Shown here: positions 60,118 through 64,000 of the stretch, piece after piece | Layout: each line of letters opens with the position of its first letter | How positions within the stretch are numbered: the first letter of the stretch is position 1 | Assembly: GCF_902713615.1 (NCBI RefSeq) | Contig: NW_024055450.1 | Location: 1 to 64,000, forward strand | DNA: 64,000 nt | Reading direction: 5' to 3' | Source: Scyliorhinus canicula | Lineage: Eukaryota | Notes under the pieces: model-generated | Database searches by the model: none | What the model was told of the DNA's origin: nothing | The model's input: the letters and a program-made list of their open reading frames with translations, nothing else | Program-made: the position numbers and the translations under genes

Positions 60118-60520
60118 TTTAAAAACATTGCCTCCAACAAAGATGGCGGCTCCACATTCGCCCTGGTGAGCTTTCCCCCAATAAAGATGGTGGCCGTTCA
60201 CCTGGGTCTAACATGAGAATCTGCAGCCCCGCTCGGTACAAATTGGATCCGGTAAGCTCTTTTCCCAGGTTTGCGGCTCACACAACATGTTTACGCCTGC
60301 CCACCACGTGCTTCTTCGCTCCCTCCTGACCGATTTTAGATCTCAACAAGGAGCCGCTGTCCATCGCCATGACCCATACTGTGCATGCTTCAATCAAGCC
60401 CAGTCCAACCCCTCATTCACTCCGATTGGTTGGAGGACCAGCCGCTCCCTGTCGGGCCTCCAGTCCCGCCCCTCCTCTTCCAATTGGTCGAAAGCTGCCG
60501 TCAATCACCCGGGCATTGTG
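60118..60520. promoter_or_regulatory. Inverted paralog of the 45955-46455 cassette: first exon of ZNF D (-) and first exon of an unseen + strand gene
   Basis: ATTGG at 60425 and 60483, CCCGCCC at 60465, minus donor at 60331/30; + strand YY1 AAGATGGCGGC at 60140-50 and donor CCG|GTAAG at 60252. Confidence 0.72.
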
Positions 60521-60767
60521 ACGGTGACAGATGGTGAGAGCGGCCACAGGCTGAGACAATCGTTGATTGTCCAATAATAACAGTGAGAGTCTCACTGGGA
60601 CAATCAGACAATAATAGTGGAGATGGGGCCCAGAGGAGAAACAGCAAAGGATTCACTCACTTTGAGAGTAAGAAACACAGTTCATAACATTTATAAGCAG
60701 AATTAGGCCATTTGGCCCATTATTATTATAAGTGAGTCTGATCCGCCATTCTGGCTGATATATTCCT

Positions 60768-61983
60768 CATAAGAACATAAGAACATAAGAACATAAGAAC
60801 TAGGAGCAGGAGTAGGCCATCTGGCCCCTCGAGCCTGCTCCGCCATTCAATGAGATCATGGCTGATCTTTTGTGGACTCAGCTCCACTTTCCGGCCCGAA
60901 CACCATAACCCTTAATCCCTTTATTCTTCAAAAAACTATCTATCTTTACCTTAAAAACATGTAATGAAGGAGCCTCAACTGCTTCACTGGGCAAGGAATT
61001 CCATAGATTCACAACCCTTTGGGTGAAGAAGTTCCTCCTAAACTCAGTTCTAAATCTACTTCCCCTTATTTTGAGGCTATGCCCCCTAGTTCTGCTGTCA
61101 CCCGCCAGTGGAAACAACCTGCCCGCATCTATCCTATCTATTCCCTTCATAATTTTAAATGTTTATATTAGATCCCCCCTCATCCTTCTAAATTCCAACG
61201 AGTACAGTCCCAGTCTACTCAACCTCTCCTCATAATCCAACCCCTTCAGCTCTGGGATTAACCTAGTGAATCTCCTCTGCACACCCTCCAGCGCCAGTAC
61301 GTCCTTTCTCAAGTAAGGAGACCAAAACTGAACACAATACTCCAGGTGTGGCCGCACTAACACCTTATACAATTGCAACATAACCTCCCTAGTCTTAAAC
61401 TCCATCCCTCTAGCAATGAAGGACAAAATTCCATTTGCCTTCTTAATCACCTGTTGCACTTGTAAACCAACCTTCTGTGACTCATGCACTAGCACACCCA
61501 AGTCTCTCTGAACAGCGGCATGCTTTAATATTTTATCGTTTAAATAATAATCCCGTTTGCTGTTATTCCTACCAAAATGGATAACCTCACATTTGTCAAC
61601 ATTGTATTCCATCTGCCAGACCCGAGCCCATTCACTTAACCTATCCAAATCCCTCTGCAGACTTCCAGTATCCTCTGCACTTTTCGCTTTACCACTCATC
61701 TTAGTGTCATCTGCAAACTTGGACACATTGCCCTTGGTCCCCAACTCCAAATCATCAATGTAAATTGTGAACAATTGTGGGCCCAACACGGATCCCTGAG
61801 GGACACCACTAGCTACTGATTGCCAACCAGAGAAACACCCATTTATCCCAACTCTTTGCTTTCTATTAATTAACCAATCCTCTATCCATGCTACTACTTT
61901 ACCCTTAATGCCATGCATCTTTATCTTATGCAGCAACCTTTTGTGTGGCACCTTGTCAAAGGCTTTCTGGAAATCCAGATATA
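60768..61983 (-). mobile_element. Young 5'-truncated CR1 LINE
   Basis: RT ORF with YLDFQKAFDKVPH, PQGSVLGP, FADD; one nonsense codon at 61163-65; (TTCTTATG-type)n tail at 60768-60800. Confidence 0.95.
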
Positions 61984-62968
61984 CCTCATCTGTCACCTTT
62001 AATGCTACAGACTAAGAGTTGGATTGCAAAATCAGCTAGAGCATCTCCTCCATGGAACACATGACCCAGGAGATTGAATAGGCAATTCAGCCTCCCGAGC
62101 CTAAACACATCAATGTGATCATGGCTGATCCCATCATGACCTCAACTCCACTGTCCTGCCTTTTCTCCATAAACCTTCAAACCATTACCACTTAAAAAGC
62201 TGTCTAACTCCTCCTTAAATTTACTCACTGTCCCTGCAACTGGGATAGCAAATTCCACAGATTCACAACCCTTGGGAGAAGTAGTTTCTCCTCAAATCTG
62301 TTTTAAATTTTCCACTTCTTATTATATGGCCTTCTGAAAGCAAAAAGGGAGCATAAGAGAGAGGCCACAAAAACAAGGAGACAGGTTGTGAAATTGGGCA
62401 GAATCCATGGGACCAGCTGGAGAAAAGGAGACCATGAAACTGCTGGATTATTGTAAAAACCCAACTGTGTGTTAATATCCTTCCGGGAAAGGTACCTGCC
62501 ATCAGCTCTGAACCTACACAAGAGTTTGCCAGGACATGAACAGAACCTGTCACTCCACCAGCAACAAAGACGAAGGCACCAGTGTGGACAGACACAATCA
62601 CTTCCAGTCACATATCATTCTGAGTTGGACATATATACCTGTTCCTCCATTGTCAGTGAATGACAATCCTGTAATTCTACCAAAAAATATTCTGGAACAC
62701 CTTGGTCGCTTGAAATACTCAACGGATATACTTGTTAATCAAACAATGCTGTATTCTATTGCAATGCTGGACCAACATCTGCTTAACAACTAATTTCTCC
62801 TGGAACATACCTCCCTGTTCTGTGCTGTACTGTTCTAATTCTAATTCTAATTTAGTGTCCCGCAATGGAAATGTCCGTACCCAAAAAGTCCACTGTAGTT
62901 TGGATCCATGGGAAAGACGAGAACGAGGTGACACACTTTAAGAATGAAACATGGGGGGGGGGGGGGGG

Positions 62969-63190
62969 GGGGCAGCATGGTGGCACAGTGGTTAGCATTG
63001 CTGCTTACAGCACTGAGGACCTGGGTTCGAATCCCGACCCTGGGTCACTGTCCGTGTGGAATTCGCATATTCTCCCCTTGTTTGCGTGGGTTTCACCCCC
63101 ACAACCCAAAGATGTGCAAGTTAGGTGGATTGGCCATGCTGAATTGCCCCTTAATTGGAAGAAATAATTGGGTACTCGAAATTTATTTTA
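62969..63190 (+). mobile_element. Short tRNA-derived SINE variant
   Basis: GGGCAGCATGGTGGCACAGTGGTTAGC..GGGTTCGAATCCC..TTGCCCCTTAATTGGAAG. Confidence 0.82.
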
Positions 63191-63224
63191 AAAAGAGAAT
63201 GAGAGATGGGGAGAACATGAAGGC

Positions 63225-63480
63225 TAAAATGAGGATAATTTTTTCCCCCCGAAGTTAGTGGAATTCACTTCCCAGAGAACAGTGGAGGCTGGGGCATTGA
63301 ATTTATTTAAGGCAGAGTTAGACAGATTTTTGATAGACAAGGGAGACAAGGGTTCTGGGTGCAGGGGTTGGTGGTGCAGACAGGCAAGGGGAACCGAGAC
63401 CACAACCAATTCAGCCCTGATTTTATTGAATGGTGGAACAGTCTTGGAGGGCTGAATGGCCTGTTTCTGCTCCTAAATCA
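63225..63480 (+). mobile_element. CR1 3' end
   Basis: GTGGAATTCACTTCCCAG..GTGGAGGCTGG..ATTGAATGGTGG..GAATGGCCTG tail. Confidence 0.75.
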
Positions 63481-63844
63481 TAGTCAAATGGGTTAAACCC
63501 AACAGTATCTCCTCCATCTCCACTTCAGCCCAAATTGCTTTGCATCCAATGCCCATTCTAACTGAACCCTGCTCTTATTTGGTCTGCCCAGCTTTTCTGT
63601 ACCTGTGCATTCAGTCTTTTAGATTAAGAGAAGATGTATTCACACACACAACTGTTTTTTAGGTTGAACTGTGCTCCTTGGGAGAGGTGTACTTTCTCTC
63701 TCGCTCTCTTCCGCCGTGCCCCATATCGGTGTGTGCTTTACCAGTGGTCTGTGCTGCCCGTTTGGGAGCATTTCTGCTGATGTGGTGGTGGTGGTGGCTT
63801 GAAATCTGGTGGTATTGGTTTCTTGTTGATTATTCATTGGTTTC

Positions 63845-63975
63845 TATTTTATAACAATAACTTTTATTGTCACAAGTCGGCTTACATTAACTGCAATGAA
63901 GTTACTCTGAAAATCCCCAAGTCGCCATATTCCGGCGCCCGTTTGGTTTCACTGAGGGAGAATTCAGAATGTCCA
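63845..63975 (-). mobile_element. SINE 3' tail, second type
   Basis: TTTATTGTCACAAG..GAAGTTAC..GAAATCCCC..GAGGGAGAATTCAGAATGTCC. Confidence 0.75.
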
Positions 63976-64000
63976 GTTTTGGTATATTGTGGATATTTTT

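Noticed and set aside
20514-64000. Downstream V/D/J segments or a second Ig cluster
   Set aside because: CACAGTG hits inspected (e.g. 23880, 37564, SINE heads) lack nonamers at 12 or 23 bp, and no Ig V-type ORF is in the track.

Overview
Eukaryotic genomic DNA from a cartilaginous fish (shark-type IgM exons and elasmobranch SINE/LINE families; the species cannot be fixed from the sequence). Left third: the constant part of one IgM heavy-chain cluster on the + strand, with intact CH1, CH2, CH3, CH4+secretory tail, TM1 and TM2 exons (12265-20513). No V, D or J segment or convincing RSS was found, so everything upstream of CH1 is read as a J-C intron of at least 12 kb. It holds a TSD-flanked L1, about 7 kb of extremely C-rich simple/tandem repeat, a Penelope-like remnant with a minimal hammerhead ribozyme, and a G-rich AGCT-dense repeat just 5' of CH1. 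Right two thirds: starting about 0.4 kb past the putative IgM membrane poly(A) signals, a cluster of effector-less C2H2 zinc-finger genes (four intact ORFs, at least two relics) in alternating orientation. Two of the divergent pairs share a duplicated, inverted cassette in which two first exons overlap head-to-head. The intervening DNA is mostly retroelements: one full-length L1 (three frameshifts), two truncated L1s, many CR1 and L2 fragments, tRNA-derived SINEs, three Penelope-like terminal repeats with hammerhead motifs, a Harbinger-like MITE and a tRNA-Thr relic. All calls are from reading the sequence by eye; no searches were run, and ends of degenerate repeats are approximate.
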